Assembly: GCA_030141605.1 (NCBI GenBank)
Contig: JAQGDQ010000254.1
Span: 124,001-188,000 of the forward strand
DNA length: 64,000 nt
Origin: Tubiluchus corallicola
Lineage: Eukaryota > Animalia > Priapulida
Direction: 5' to 3'
The notes under the pieces were generated by a model. That model was not told where the DNA came from, searched no databases, and saw only the letters and a list, made by a program, of their open reading frames with translations. Made by a program: the position numbers and the translations under genes. This document shows positions 39,702-54,090 of the stretch, piece after piece. Every line of letters starts with the position of its first letter. The stretch's first letter is position 1.

Positions 39702-40266
39702 CAAAGGCGTACGGGAAAAGTTTTACAGTTTTTTTTTCTTCTGCACGGGGGAGGCAATCATCTCCTAATACTCAATAACATTTGCAATACTAATAGTATA
39801 GAAATGGAAGAACACCAGGTTCTGGTAACTTTTATTAAAAAATGGCGAGTCTAACAAGAACTCACTGAACAAACGTGCAAGTACATCACAATACTTTTCT
39901 AACGTTTCAGACAATTCAAACCAACGACGTAATGCTTTTTCCTCTTGCAAACATGTCTATAACCTTGCCATTGAGCAGCACGTACCTAACAAATGTATAA
40001 TAGACTTATAATTGATAGCAGGCACTATTATAACTTTACAATTCAAAGCTAAAAAACAATTCGCCGTACAACGAAATTGCAGCCAGTTAAAAGAGGTAGG
40101 CCTAATGCAGTATATAGCAATTTTTGAATATTGAAATGTTAAATTTTGAAATTTTAAAACAGAATTATTTGCCCTAAAATAATCAGCTTTTGTCCTAAAA
40201 ATGTACAAATCATTTGCCCTGGGAGGGCAACCGTTTCTTCCCAACCCCCCGCCTCCTGCGCCTATG
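39702..40266. mobile_element. hAT-like non-autonomous element
   Basis: Ends CAAAGGCGTA... / ...TGCGCCTATG (imperfect TIR) with sub-terminal G-rich and C-rich tracts. Flanked by gttatagt / attataat, a 6/8 match consistent with a decayed 8-bp TSD. Confidence 0.55.
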
Positions 40267-42324
40267 ATTATAATCATTCTCAAGCCTGCTTTTAAACTGC
40301 ATTTGATGATCTAAATATTTCTGCTAAGTAAAAATGCACAGTACCGCATGACTGTGTATATCTTGAAATAGCTTACAACATTTCATAAGCGTACTATTTG
40401 ATTTTACCAACTAGATTTAATTAGATATTATTCTTTTATATTTTTGGTTTTCTTTATTTTCGCTGTTTTTTAGTACATTTTTACGTACTGCCAGCTTTTG
40501 TATGCCTAGTTCCATCTTGCACATAATTTTGGGTAACTTCCTCGATGTCTTTAATCATGAAGCTGGCCTCACGCTTGTTAATGTGACTATCGCTACCTTG
40601 CATTTATTACTTTCTGATTCATAATTATGCGTGAAACATGTTATTGTTATAGTGTCTTGTACCTTATACGTTATCTTATCAGAATCTCTAACAAAACCAT
40701 TTGCAACTGTGTAAGGTTCATAGCAACTTCGATGTTCACCAATATATTTGTTAGAATCACGCTTACGACATTTATAGAAGGCCCTAATGACTCGTTCTAT
40801 TTCTAAGCTAATCCAACTCCCTAAAGAGCCTTATTATCCACACAAAGGTAGAACGGTACAAGTAACCTCATTGCACGTGTAAGAAAACTACTACAATTGA
40901 TTTAGTCCCCGAAGCAACTGCATACATGAATAGCGTTCAATAAGAGTAAGAAATTTAGTAGATATTTTTATTAGACATTATTTGAAAGCAAGACACAAGC
41001 CCTTTTGTCAAAATTTAGGTTTTCTGTCTTGCACTATGCTATATCTATATATGTATATATCACAATGCTGTTTTGCTGCTATTGCGTAAAATTATTGAAA
41101 GCTTATGTAACTATGTTACTAGACTTACTATAATGTAATTTACCTATACAGTGGCCTATATGTAAGCAAGAATTTTTTCCCATGCCCATAATGGATATGT
41201 GTTAGTGTTCCCTGAATTCATATGTCAGTTAAGATACGCTAGGTCGAAAAAAGCCATGTTAAATGTTATATATCATTATTTATTTATAGATATTTATAAA
41301 CCACACCAATTGAACCTAGTACTTAGCTGGGATTACCAGCTGCAACAATACAAACTACACTTATCTATCCGCTTAGCGATGTGAGATGCTTATAGAAAAT
41401 TAAAAACAGTCATCAAACTTAAAAAGGAAAAAACACAAAAAATAAACCAAAATACAATAGACAGTCGACTAAGTGAATGAAGTAAGATCAAATTTGCGAA
41501 AAATAAAGAAAAGAAAAAGTACAAGACAAAGAAAGAAAAAAAGATAGTAGGAAGGAAAAAATAGGATTAATAAACAACAAAAGAATTAACAGAAAACGAA
41601 CAAAATTCATGTGACTTGTGTCCATCTAAGTAAGAGTATCAGCTCCATACTGTGCAGCAGCCAAGCAGACCATAACGAAGACATTTGTGAAGTAAAGTAC
41701 CGTTAATTTAAAGAGACGTTATTTGCTTCTACCATCTGCGCATTAATACCATCTGCTCTACAATGTAGTTTTATGCTGCTAAAGCAATACTAAACCGTCC
41801 CCTAAACATTGAAATAATGCTAAAGTTCCGGACTGTGAAATATCAAGGATGCCCACGTGTCCAGCTGTCTTTGTTTGCACAGATACACAACATCTTACTA
41901 ACCGCAATGACCACTGGGAGATTAATTGCAGGGTTCGAATTAGGTTTAACGTCATCATGTAGGTCTCTCATGATATTACGAGCACGTGAATCCCAGTTTA
42001 AGCGCATTTGAATCGTTGTGATTTAGGATTCTAGGTTGTCAGGTCATTGGGGAAATTATAATGACGTCATTGATGAAATAAATCAATGCTTATTAGCTAA
42101 CACGTAATGACAGAGTGGAGTTCAAATTTACTGTATTACTAAATTAGCTTTTAACATAGTTTTCACGTGTGTGCATAGAAACATACTATTTGATATATAA
42201 TTACATTATGTATTATGAAATATGAAATATGATATGTAATGTTATATTGCGTATTCATAATGATAGAAGTCCACAATTAATTAGATTTGATACCAAACAT
42301 GAAAAACAGGAAATATGAAAAAAA

Positions 42325-42403
42325 TGGAATACAGACTGGATTAGAACCAGATATCTCTGCTTACAAGGCAGACGCCTTAGACCAGTCTAGATTATTGGAT
42401 CCC
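42325..42403 (-). pseudogene. tRNA-Thr(TGT)-derived pseudogene or SINE head
   Basis: Minus strand reads GGGATCCAATAATCTAGACTGGTCTAAGGCG-TCTGC-CTTGTAA-GCAGA-GATAT-CTGGTTCTAATCCAG-TCTGTATTCCA, then a T run. Anticodon stem-loop (TGT) is intact; A box is degenerate; B box GGTTCtAATCC has one substitution; acceptor stem is imperfect. Confidence 0.7.
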
Positions 42404-43721
42404 CAGTGATCAAAGTAGTTAAAAAGTCATAACTAGGACACCTAATTCAGCATTTCCAACATCTCTTCACACTAGTTATTAATTTTCATGTACAATTCGA
42501 TACAGTGTAAGCCAGAACTCAGAGTTCAACTGCACCGCATATTCAACTTTTTTGCTTGTGACGGGAGCGCAATTTAGTTCATTATTTAACTCTTTAAGGT
42601 GAGTTAGTGGGCCAAGAGAGGCGTCTTAACCATGTTTGAATAGCATACATTTTCTCTCAATAAACACCTTGGATCAGAATAGCGCACGAAAGGACCCCGC
42701 AATTCACTGGCCAACCTCGATGTGGCTTAGTTTCGGCCCCGAAATACGTGTGATCACTCGGTTATTCATCACCTGAGAAGATGCTCGGTGTTTTCCTTAA
42801 TGGATATGATGGATTTTAAGCTGAAATTGCAAACAAAAAGCTCCAAATCAAAGCCACTGAGTGACCCCTGCAGTGAATTCATCCCTGTATTGATATACAA
42901 AGGCAAAGTTGTGTAGTAGTGAAGCCACGTTAATACATCTTTTGAGAGATCTATTGTGCCGTTGTCACGTGGAGTGTGTGATGTCAAACAAAACCAGACA
43001 CCCAAGCTCACCCACACAGAGGGCATTGACTACTGCTTGACCGTCTCACCACACCGCACAGATAGTCGAATTTGTGACCGACAGACGGTCAATATTGACA
43101 CGACATGACAATTTCGAGCTGGGGCGAAACCAAAAAACATCTCAAAAATGCACTCCTTTAATTTCGAAAAGAATTTTTTTCTAATCTAGCATTAGTTCCT
43201 CAAAACAATCTAATCACATGATTTCGAGTTTTGCCAATAAGAAATTTTCTTGAAGAGACGCACAGTGTTGTAGTCCTCGTTCAAACAGAATCATTTGGCG
43301 CGATTGTAGATTCGCCCCTTTCTCAGTTAAAAGGTTTTCTTGTGACAATATCTTGTTAGTATTCAATTGATGTTATGAAAACATCGGAATGGTTCAAGGT
43401 TCAGACGCAGTCCAACTTCGGCCAATGCATCAAGGCAGCTAGATACATTTTGAAACAAAGACTGAAGACAAAGACATCAGTCACAACACATATCTTTTCG
43501 ATTTTCTGTGAGATTAATAGTATACTATTATATGACATTTTTTAGTTTTTAATTTATAGTTTACAATAAAAGGAAACACATTTACACTCTAAAAACCTTA
43601 GCGAATCAAACCGTCTGTTAATCTGTCCATTCTTCTCCCTCCCCTATCCATTCATTCACTTATCCACCTGTCTTTTTCCCCCACTTGTAGTTGCTCTGCT
43701 ACCGTGCGCTCGTCCGCCCAC

Positions 43722-43922
43722 CCATCCGTCTGTCCGTCCGTCCGTCCGTCCGTCCGTCCGTCCGTCCGTCCGTCCCTCCCTCCCTCCCTCCCTCCATCTA
43801 TCCATCCATCCATCCATCCATCCATCCATCCATCCATCCATCCATCCATCCATCCATCCATCCATCCATCCATCCATCCATCCATTCATTCATTCATTCA
43901 TTCATTCATTCATTCATTCATT
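43722..43922. repeat. Compound microsatellite (CCGT)n-(CCCT)n-(CCAT)n-(TCAT)n
   Basis: Directly visible. Confidence 0.97.
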
Positions 43923-43949
43923 TATCCACCTCCATTTTTTCTGGATCCT

Positions 43950-44005
43950 AACACATCTTCAATTTTCATTACCAGTTATGCAGACGATACCAGACTTTTC
44001 AAACT
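43950..44005 (+). mobile_element. Tiny reverse-transcriptase relic (YADDT motif)
   Basis: Reads [17 protein letters not shown], matching the LINE RT catalytic YADD motif context. Too short to be certain. Confidence 0.4.
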
Positions 44006-45345
44006 AGCAAAAACAAAACTAATAGTAACAATGGTGTACTGGTTAATTATCTATACACAGATTTCTTTTAGAAATGTGGAAAGGCAGTATTCGAATGACG
44101 ATATCTGAATTGTTTCCATTTACCGAGAAGATTTATCTAGCAAATTGTTTAGAAAATTGCGAGAGCAGATGGCCTGGCGAACTTGATTAGAAATTTCATC
44201 TATTGGGGGACTTTATCAGACCTCGGAGTGTTGCCAGGTGGTCCAAAGTTTGCGCTCTCAATAGAAAGCTTAGTTTACTTTACCACCTAAGAGTCCTATA
44301 AACTGATTACGAGGCATCAATGAATTTATAATTCGCGTGTGATTATGGTCCTTTACTCGACAGTAACTATCAATAAATTATCATGCTTGATTTATTTCAT
44401 AGAGCTGGTAGAATCTAAACATTTACAGCAGAGCAACTACAGGCCGAGTAAAATGAGAAAACAGAACAAAAGGCTCAAAGCAGATTAAAAAATAGGAACA
44501 AGAAAGAAGAACAGAAAAAAAGACGAAGAAATCAGAAAGAAACGAGTAGTAAAAATAAAGACATCAACCATGCAGTTGAAAAAAGCTATGTAGCTCACGA
44601 CTGCTTTGTTAAGCATCGCCTACGCTCCTTAGTCCCTTAATGGGTGGCCACAGCAAACTGTAGACTAAGATGAATACTCCTTGCCAAAAGTTAAATATTT
44701 TATACTGCCTCGCAGCCTTGGTCTTGGTTTATAAGATTGAGTTAGGTTTGTCCCATTCGCGAAGCTTAGGATATTTTGCGTCTTTAAATGAAAAAGACTA
44801 AGAACTATTCCTCCTTTTTGTGTTGCTGATTTGTAGGTAGAAAGTTTAAATAAAAAAAGAAACAAAAAAGCAATGAGCGGAAATTGGAAGAAAAAACATG
44901 GGCACTTTAGCTGAAAAGAAAAAATAAGGATAAGTGATGCTAATTTGGTAAAACCAATTATAATCTAAATCAATTACGTGGATTAACTGATTCTATCTCC
45001 TGGTTTTCTTTTTGGCTTCTTGCGCAAATGCTGACACCTGCTGTGCACGAAGCCAGTTATACAGGTTCTTGTGAATTCGAGATAAACCTTCGTTAGGCGT
45101 TGCGCGCTTCTCTATATCTGCTAAGCTGCCGATGACCTCTTTTGTCTATTGTGTTCCGACCCTCTTTCCTACCTCCCACTGGGTCGCACACGCTTGGCCT
45201 CCTAATCAGTGCTAATCTTGTGAAATTACGGAAGCAGTGCAGAGTTTCCATTGCTACCTATTTCTCCGTTTCTTTGACTGTTGCACCTGTTTGTGTAGTT
45301 TATGTAGAGAAGTTGCTGGTTCGTAAATGAAATGTAATGCAGTTA

Positions 45346-45368
45346 ATACTACTGCTTCTTCTACTGCT

Positions 45369-45399
<31 letters not shown>

Positions 45400-45526
45400 G
45401 TGGTGGTGGTGCTGGTGGTAGTGCTGGTGCTGCTACTGCTACTACTACAACTACTGCTACTACTACTACTACTATTTACTACTACTGCAACTACAACTAC
45501 TGCTACCACTACTTCTACTATTATTA
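45346..45526. repeat. (CTG)n-(GTG)n-(CTA)n compound repeat
   Basis: Directly visible. Confidence 0.95.
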
Positions 45527-48500
45527 GGCTACATACAGAACATTTACCAACATCATATTACACGTGTTAGATACCCCTAATATAAATATAAGAAAAACTG
45601 GCTATGTTCCACTAAAAGTCATGGAATGTTCACTTAATGTTGCTAAAGCTATCACCTCACACAAAATTATAAATGATTTTTTAAGACAGTACGTAAACGC
45701 AACACGCCTAGCCGAGCACAAAATTGTTTGTAAGCTGAAAAACAATTTTTTGTTTAAAGTTGACTTGATTTTGAAACCAGACGCCAGTTTTCCCCTAACT
45801 TGTTCATTTAGTCGATTATAGCGTTTGGTGTCTTTCGCAATTACCCAGCAAAATGATTTTTTACATTCTGAGCCGCTGTGTCTAAAATGTCAAATATGAT
45901 AATAACGAAGTTACAACACTCGATTCTTTATATAGGCCTGTATATAATTCATTGCATAAATAATTAATTACTGTAATGAAAATTTCATTTCAAAGTCATG
46001 CTTTGGCTTGCTTTCGAGTTTGTGCTAGTCTTACGTATGGCGCTATATGCATGACAGTCAATTTATTGCATTAACTGAATACTAAATATTTAACGCCCGT
46101 AAGTATTAGCCATCTGTCTGTACTCTCTATATTATGTCTTTTTTTACTACACAGCTTGGTTTATATGAGATTTAAAGCAACTATTTTTCTAGACTGTTTC
46201 CAAAAAATTAATGGATCAAGATAAAATAAAATAAAATAAATAATAAATGAGAGTGCAGACAACTTTTAATTTTTAATCCGCGAGCAGAATTCCAAGAGAA
46301 CACCTATACTAATTTCATCATGCTGTTAAGTATCTTTAGACAAATTGAACAACTGTAAATCTATAGTATACGCACAGTCATGAAACCTGCGAATAGATCT
46401 GGGGGAAGGCCTCAGATAGTAACTAGTAGCATTGTTCAAAAGCTGGTAGGGTTTAATATCCCGAGATGGCAGCTAAAATATGAAAATTAAGGCAAGCTGC
46501 TTAGTCACACGTAAGTAAACTGCACTCAATTAGGTATTGTCAAGTGATAATTAGTGGCTAACACCGGTTGATACTGGTCACTCACACATGAACTCACGAA
46601 TCTACATTTTTTGACATCAGTAAACCACACTAGGCCAGGCATAAGCAAGCGGTAAACATGGTCATGCTCGCAGATTTGGATTTAAATTCATCCAGTTTTA
46701 TTTCCGACTGCAAATGTAGTTTTAAGAAACATGTTTTATATTGGCCCATATGTTTATATGGAATAGTTGTAAATTTTCGTTTCGAAATTCAGAACTCCTT
46801 TAATTTAAAAGTTGTCACTTGTGTTCACGTGTTATGCCTAAACCATTTGTCACTCAATTATTTTATTTCTATAACTATAGAGCCATTCGCACCCAGGCAG
46901 CCATGAGGATCGGTTTAAACAAAGTTGATAAAAATTATTTCAGGCGGCTATCCTTCCCTTTCAGACGAAGCTACACATTGTGACTTTGGGCGTATGAGGG
47001 CGTTTTTCGTGCAGTCGCGTGTGTAGACGCGTGCAGCCACAGCCCGCAACAGCAGAATACAAAGAATTATTTGTTAGACTCATGTGAAGTATAGGAGGGG
47101 TCAAAATATAACGGCTCTAGTTCTGTTTTTGTTCCGAAAAATATGTGTGAGAGAAATGACGTATATACCAGCTGCCAGCATGTTATTATGCAAGTTATAT
47201 TTACATGAGCAGTCATTTACTAAATCATGAGATAATCCTACATACGTGATGGGACAAGAACAAAGAACAGGCCTATGTAAAAGTAAAAACTAAAGTAAAT
47301 AAGCATATTAATAATGCAAATATGGACTACAGGGAATAAGAATTATCGTTAGGTCATTACATAGGTCTATGATCGTGTCGAGAACTGTCACCATAGATAC
47401 TAAAGGTACACTAGCCCAGTAGGTCTATTGCCTGTTAAATGTACAAATTAACTCCATCAGTTATCAGTTATAAAAATTTAATAGATGGCGACATTTGCGC
47501 TCTAATTCTTTCAATATTTAGATCCTGCTTTGTGCAAAGCATCTGACGTCATCTACTGACAAAAAAGCAATGCAGCAGGTTTTGAAATAAGAATGAAGTA
47601 GATTGTAAGCAAACAATTCAACAATTTGTAACAAGTAATGTCTACTTAAGGAATATTTGCTGATGTAAAATAATTAAATAAAGAAATAAGTAAATACGCA
47701 AGAACTCCTTGTGAACCCACTTCTGTAAATAATGAATAATTTCATAAATTATCACTATTGATTGTCATCATTATCATAGTAAACTAAGCAGGTGTGCTTA
47801 CTAAAATTTCTTTCTTCTACTCGTTGATTAAATGAACCTCAATGAATCCCGTACACAGCTTCCCTTTCTCTCGTTAAAGCCATGGTAACTCAAGACTCTC
47901 TTTTATGCTAAGGCTTCGAAGTGTGACGAATGGTGCGTTCACGGTAATTACGCATGGAAACGCGTGCCTTGGAAAAATAATAGCACATCAGTTAAACGCT
48001 ACATGGATAATTTTCTTAATCAGTTTAAAACCCACGCCAGGAAAATGGTTCGTTAATATTGTTACGCACACAACAGGGATTTAAACTAGGGAATTCATGT
48101 CCGTAAATATGAGGGCGGGAAGAAAGAGAGAGCGATAAGAGAAAAAGAGAGAGAGAAAAAGAAAGATAGAGAGAGAGTCAGAGAGAAAGAGAAGAGAGAG
48201 GGAGAAAGAAAGGGAGAGAAAGAGAGGAGGAGGAAAAGGGAGAAGGAGAGAGAAAGAGAGAGGGAGAGAAAGAGAGACGGAAAGAAAGAGAAAAGGGGAT
48301 TAATTGTGCTTTGTTTCCATTCCATGGCTCGTTACTGCAAAATGTTCAAAAATAATGTACAAAGATAATTTGCTTGAAATGATTTATTTGAACATAAAAT
48401 CCCGACTTTCTGAAATGTTAGGTTCAATTAAATGACGTTAAAAAGTGTATTAAAGAAACTCATTTAATATCGTAGGTACGTTAAAACACTGCAAGCCTTA

Positions 48501-49023
48501 TGGATATGATTCGTTTCCACAAACCATTGAAACGAAATAACAACATTTTAAGAAAATCAGAAAGAAATCGTTCGCTAATATCAATTTTTTGTCACAACTG
48601 AGCACAAGACTACAAATTATCACGAGCTTCTCATTGTCGTCATCAGGTTACGAGATTCATGATGATAATGAGGAATGACTCACAATGAAATCTTGACAGT
48701 TAAATGGTTTCCTTTCATTTCTCGGCTTAGTTGAAATTCAACACGCGGGATATAACAACCATGTATTCCCAGTTTTGTGTCGCCGTGATGTATTTTTACA
48801 GTATTTTTATAATTCAAAAAGTACGTTAGCCTCAAGTGCTTCATTAATTGAGAAGTGGGTAAGTGACACGATACCGCATAGATTCTTTGCTATAATACTT
48901 CGATATGACATATTTTGCCAAATTTTTGGCGCTAGTCATGGACAAGACTAACGAAATAATTGCTGACAGAACTTCAAAAACCGTTTATGAGAATTATGAC
49001 TGTTTCTCTGAGAGGTCTATAAA

Positions 49024-49406
49024 TAAACCTTTCACAGTTTCGTTGTACGCACGCGTATTTGCTGTAGGTCAAAAGTTAAGTGTATGACAGCTGCGCGTCT
49101 TAACTACAACCGTCACGTGACACGTGTATAAAGCAAATCCATCTGCCGCATCAGTTCAGTAACTTGAGTTGTTTTACGTGGAGTTTACTTAATTATGCGT
49201 TAGTCTGTAAACAGAAACTTACTAGCAGGATCTTGCTTGGGAAGAATGAAATAGGTAAGGTTCCAGCTAGCTATTAAAACTGTTACTATAGTTTTACAAC
49301 AGCATGGGCTACGAGGCGTCGTCAAGTGTACACAAATGCGTCTGGTACACTTAACCATTGACCTTTTCACGATCATCGTCAATCGCCGGAACTGTGAAAA
49401 GGCCTA
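49024..49406 (-). mobile_element. MITE family A, copy 2 (inverted relative to copy 1)
   Basis: TAAACCTTTCACAGTTTCG ... GAACTGTGAAAAGGCCTA. Internal blocks TCTGCCGCATCAGTTCAGTAACTT and TTACTAGCAGGATCTTGCTTG are reverse complements of copy 1. Confidence 0.88.
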
Positions 49407-49681
49407 ATATGTACTATACAGTTATTTTACATCATTATTAATAAATTTTGGCAGAACTAGATGTCTAGATCAGACAATGGAAAGACTAAAACGGACTTTA
49501 ATATAAAAAGAAAGAATTTCATAGTCTCATTTTAACTAGGTTAAGTTTTTATAAAATATAAGCATATTTTATCTGTAGTCTGACACTGTGTCGCTTTGTT
49601 ATTTTGCCCTTAACATGTTTATAATGATGATGATAGTGATGATGACATGATGACGATGACGACGATGACGACGATGATGAC

Positions 49682-50635
<954 letters not shown>

Positions 50636-51771
50636 ATTGTTAATTTGTGTCAAACATGGTATCTGGTTCTGGTAAAATCGTTTTTTATTATGGAGATTTC
50701 TCGAATATTTATGTAGCGAGGAGGGAGACTAACTATCGTTGTTTTAATGTCACTGGTCATGTAGTATTAAATAATTGCCTTTTTGAAGCGTCTAGGCATA
50801 GGAACATTCCATATACGCATCTGCATTTAACTGTATTAAGGTGGGGGAGGGGCGCTTATTTATTGTTTAATATGAAAGGAACTGAAATTAAACTAGTTCT
50901 AACCATACAAACTTACCAACTACACTTCTGTTTAGTAATATTAAAACAACTTAAGTTTGCCTCTGCCACAGTAAAATAGCGTTATTTTAATTAGGCGCAC
51001 CAGTGGGGACCATCTCAAAAAGAACTATCAGCTTACTAATTGCTGCTGCATCCTAATTAACTTCATCAGCGAAAGCAGCAGCTGCCTGGTCTGCAAAAAA
51101 TCGGCTTCAATGAACACGTCATTTTATTAATCATCTATATCTTAGTACAAGATGGCTTTTCTGTGGTCACGTGACATGTTTGGCGAGATGAATCGCCACG
51201 GGGCGGCGCTAGGAGACATTTCCCATGATCACTTTGCTCATACAATTGAATTTGCTCGATAACAAAACACTTTAAGCTGTTAAAAGTATGAAATGATTGC
51301 ATTATTTTATTAAACTTAATATAATGAACTAAATTTCATTTAATTGACGTAGTTACCCAACATAGGCCTAATTAATTAGATGAAGCCATGCTGTCAAAAC
51401 CACCCTGATTTCTCTATGGAAGCCCCTTTTGCAGTAATTAATCCCTTGCTTCGCTAAAACGTTTTCAATTAATTGCCAATTGCGTTAGCAAATCTTTAAT
51501 TGAAATTTTAATGACGGATTGGTGGCTAAATATGATTTTTCAACTGCCACTACAAAGTCCACAGAAAATTAGAAAAAAAGATTTTTGTATATTACGTGTA
51601 CTGTTCGTAATACTGGAATTTGAATTTGAATTTGAGCTTTATTCCACAGCGAAATAATACACATACATTTAGGCCTACATAATCACATGATGTCACACAA
51701 ATGATATGAATCACTGTGAAGAGGCGGAAGGAGCATAATGCTATCGGGTCCTCGTCCAAGAAGAGCAACAG

Positions 51772-51908
51772 TAAGCCTTTTCACAGTTCCAGCGGTTGGT
51801 GATGATCGTGAAAAGGTTAAAGGTTAAGTGAAACAGAAAACGTATTTGTTTACACTTAACAACGCCTCGCGGCTCATGCCAAATTTAATAGTAACAGTTT
51901 TAATAGCT
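51772..51908 (+). mobile_element. MITE family A, truncated copy 3 (left end only)
   Basis: TAAGCCTTTTCACAGTTCCAGCGGTTGGTGATGATCGTGAAAAGGTTAAAGGTTAAGTG matches the left end of copy 1 and the reverse complement of the right end of copy 2. Confidence 0.82.
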
Positions 51909-52205
51909 GCAGAAGAAATAACCCATAACACAGGTCTGATAATTGGATGAATTGAAAACAATATAAACCGAATTTATCTATTTCGCATCGTCATAACGCA
52001 TACACATTCCAGATGCCATGTGAACTTCACTTAAAGCGGCGTTTACCAGACAACCGAAATGCGTATGCGTTATCCACCTGCGTATAAATAATCAATAGGA
52101 AGTGGCTGCAGAAAAAATAACGCATAACGCAGGTCTGATAAACAGGTTAACTGAAAACAATATAAGGTGATTTTTACGCAATAGCACATAACGCATTCTG
52201 GATGT
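51906..52205 (+). repeat. Diverged tandem duplication, period ~199 bp
   Basis: GCTGCAGAA(G/A)AAATAAC(C/G)CATAAC(A/G)CAGGTCTGATAA...TGAAAACAATATAA...CATAACGCAT at 51906 and 52105. Confidence 0.75.
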
Positions 52206-53159
52206 CTGACAAACACTGGTTAACGCAGTCAGCGTGTATGTAGTCTAGTCCCATTTTCAGAAAAGTTTTTTTCTAAAAGTGAGCAGCGTAGCCAGTCTTA
52301 TCAATCTGAGCTTGTTGAAATAAACGCAAAAAAACAAAATGGTCGCCAAGTTTTTGCACAAACAATCTAAATTCAGAGAAATTTTCAGAAAATTAACATT
52401 AAGAAGCCAATACGACATCTATTCCAGGGTAGTTGGATCCGAGGAAGTCATTTCTGTCATTTTCATTTCAAAATGACTACTATTTCCAAAATGGCTACCA
52501 CATGATAATGAAATAATGCCGATCATGCAGTTACATTAAAGCATTTCATCATAAGATTTATTATAGGAACAAAACACAATCAACGGGATCTTTTTGAATA
52601 TAATGCAAAGCGATTCAAACAGCCCAATAAGTAAAAAACAAAATGGCCGACGGGATCCTGCTATAATTGCCTAGCGGAATGGTGAAAAACCTAGCATTTT
52701 CACTTAAGTTAGAAAACTTTGCACATTGTTAAAACCAATCAATGTGATTACTTTTGGATATGAGGTCAATCAAACGTCATCCAATATTTTCAAAATGCCT
52801 GTAATTGTTAGTTTTGAAAGCATATTCTAACTGTTGACGCAGTTAATATATCAACTTTGGTGTCTAAGTATAGGTTGGGTTTTCAATTTCAAAGAATGCC
52901 CAGAAACACATATGAAAACACCTAAGTTAAGATTTCAAGATGGTTGCCAAAATACTTGTAGCCGCTTGTGTAAATTACTAGTTGTATTGCCCGACCTAAG
53001 GTAAATAGGACGATGATATTAGTATCTGTATGTAGGCTTTACAGGTTAAGGATTTACTGTAGTACCAACATGACAAACATTTTTAAAATGGCCGAATAGC
53101 TGTTGCTGGGTTAATTTTAAAGCCATATCTTACGCCATATGAAAACGTGAATGCCATTC

Positions 53160-53214
53160 ATTCTGAAAAAAACAACCCTGTAAGCAATTCTGAAAAAACA
53201 ACCCTGTAAGCAAT
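53160..53214 (+). repeat. Near-perfect ~27-bp tandem duplication
   Basis: ATTCTGAAAAAA(A)CAACCCTGTAAGCA occurs twice. Confidence 0.85.
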
Positions 53215-53781
53215 CTATGCCAATACTATTTGTGACCAAACTTCAGTTTTTCCAGGAAGAGAAAAAAAGATGACATGGCCCACATAACAGAAGCATTTCT
53301 ATCTTTAACATTACTAGAGCAGAACAATTGACTCAACTCATACCTGTGCGGTAATGTTTTGTTGTACTCCTATATCACAAAGTTAGCACTTTGACATCAG
53401 TTTACAAAGCATGTAAAGGCTCCTCGAGTCACACGAGAGGAGTGATATTTCAGGCAGGTACTGTTGGTCCAGGCATTAATCCCAGCCCTAGCATCAGATG
53501 TGGATTCACTGACCACTACAATTACACACCAATATCATCATCTTATCTGCTCTGAGAACTATGATGCTAGCAATAGAAATCTTGTAAGCCATCTTGAAAG
53601 TGGCGGGCCTCATTTGATCTATATCTATAGCTTTTATTTTTAAAGCCCTATATCTAGAGCCTAAAATTATCATTCCATCTGCCTTAGAGCATGCAATATA
53701 GTTAATGTATTACACTAGCTGCCGCAGCCATTTTGGTAGCCACCTTGAAATTGACCTGGATCCCAAAATATTAGTCTTTTG

Positions 53782-54090
53782 TAGAACGGCGGAAAAGCTT
53801 ACTCACTTCGTCTAAAAGTTACGATACGTTTCACAAAGCTAAAACCCATCAAAGTGATTAATTTTAGATGCAATTTTTTGCAAAAAACGGTCGAAAACGG
53901 GGCATTTTTGGAGGTTTTTCGCCCCCCCCTTCCTTCCGGTGGGCTCAATTCGAAAAATAAACCATCAATGGCACGACACTAGATCGAGACCTTTCGTTTG
54001 ATGTACAGATCGCCGCAAATGGTGCCCTCGTCCGGGCTGTAGCCTCGAATCTTATATATATATATATATAAATATACCAAGAATATTAAT
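53782..54090 (+). mobile_element. Interspersed repeat ending in (TA)n, possibly Helentron/HINE-like; nested in the foldback
   Basis: Its 3' part GAGACCTTTCGTTTGATGTACA...AAATGGTGCCCTCGTCCGGGCTGTAGCCTCGAAT-(TA)n recurs at 36520-36612. The superfamily assignment is inference from architecture only. Confidence 0.55.

Noticed and set aside
42595-43265. Possible large MITE (GTTTCGGCCCCGAAAT versus ATTTCG...GGGGCGAAAC)
   Set aside because: Only a short internal inverted match; no ends or TSD could be defined by eye.
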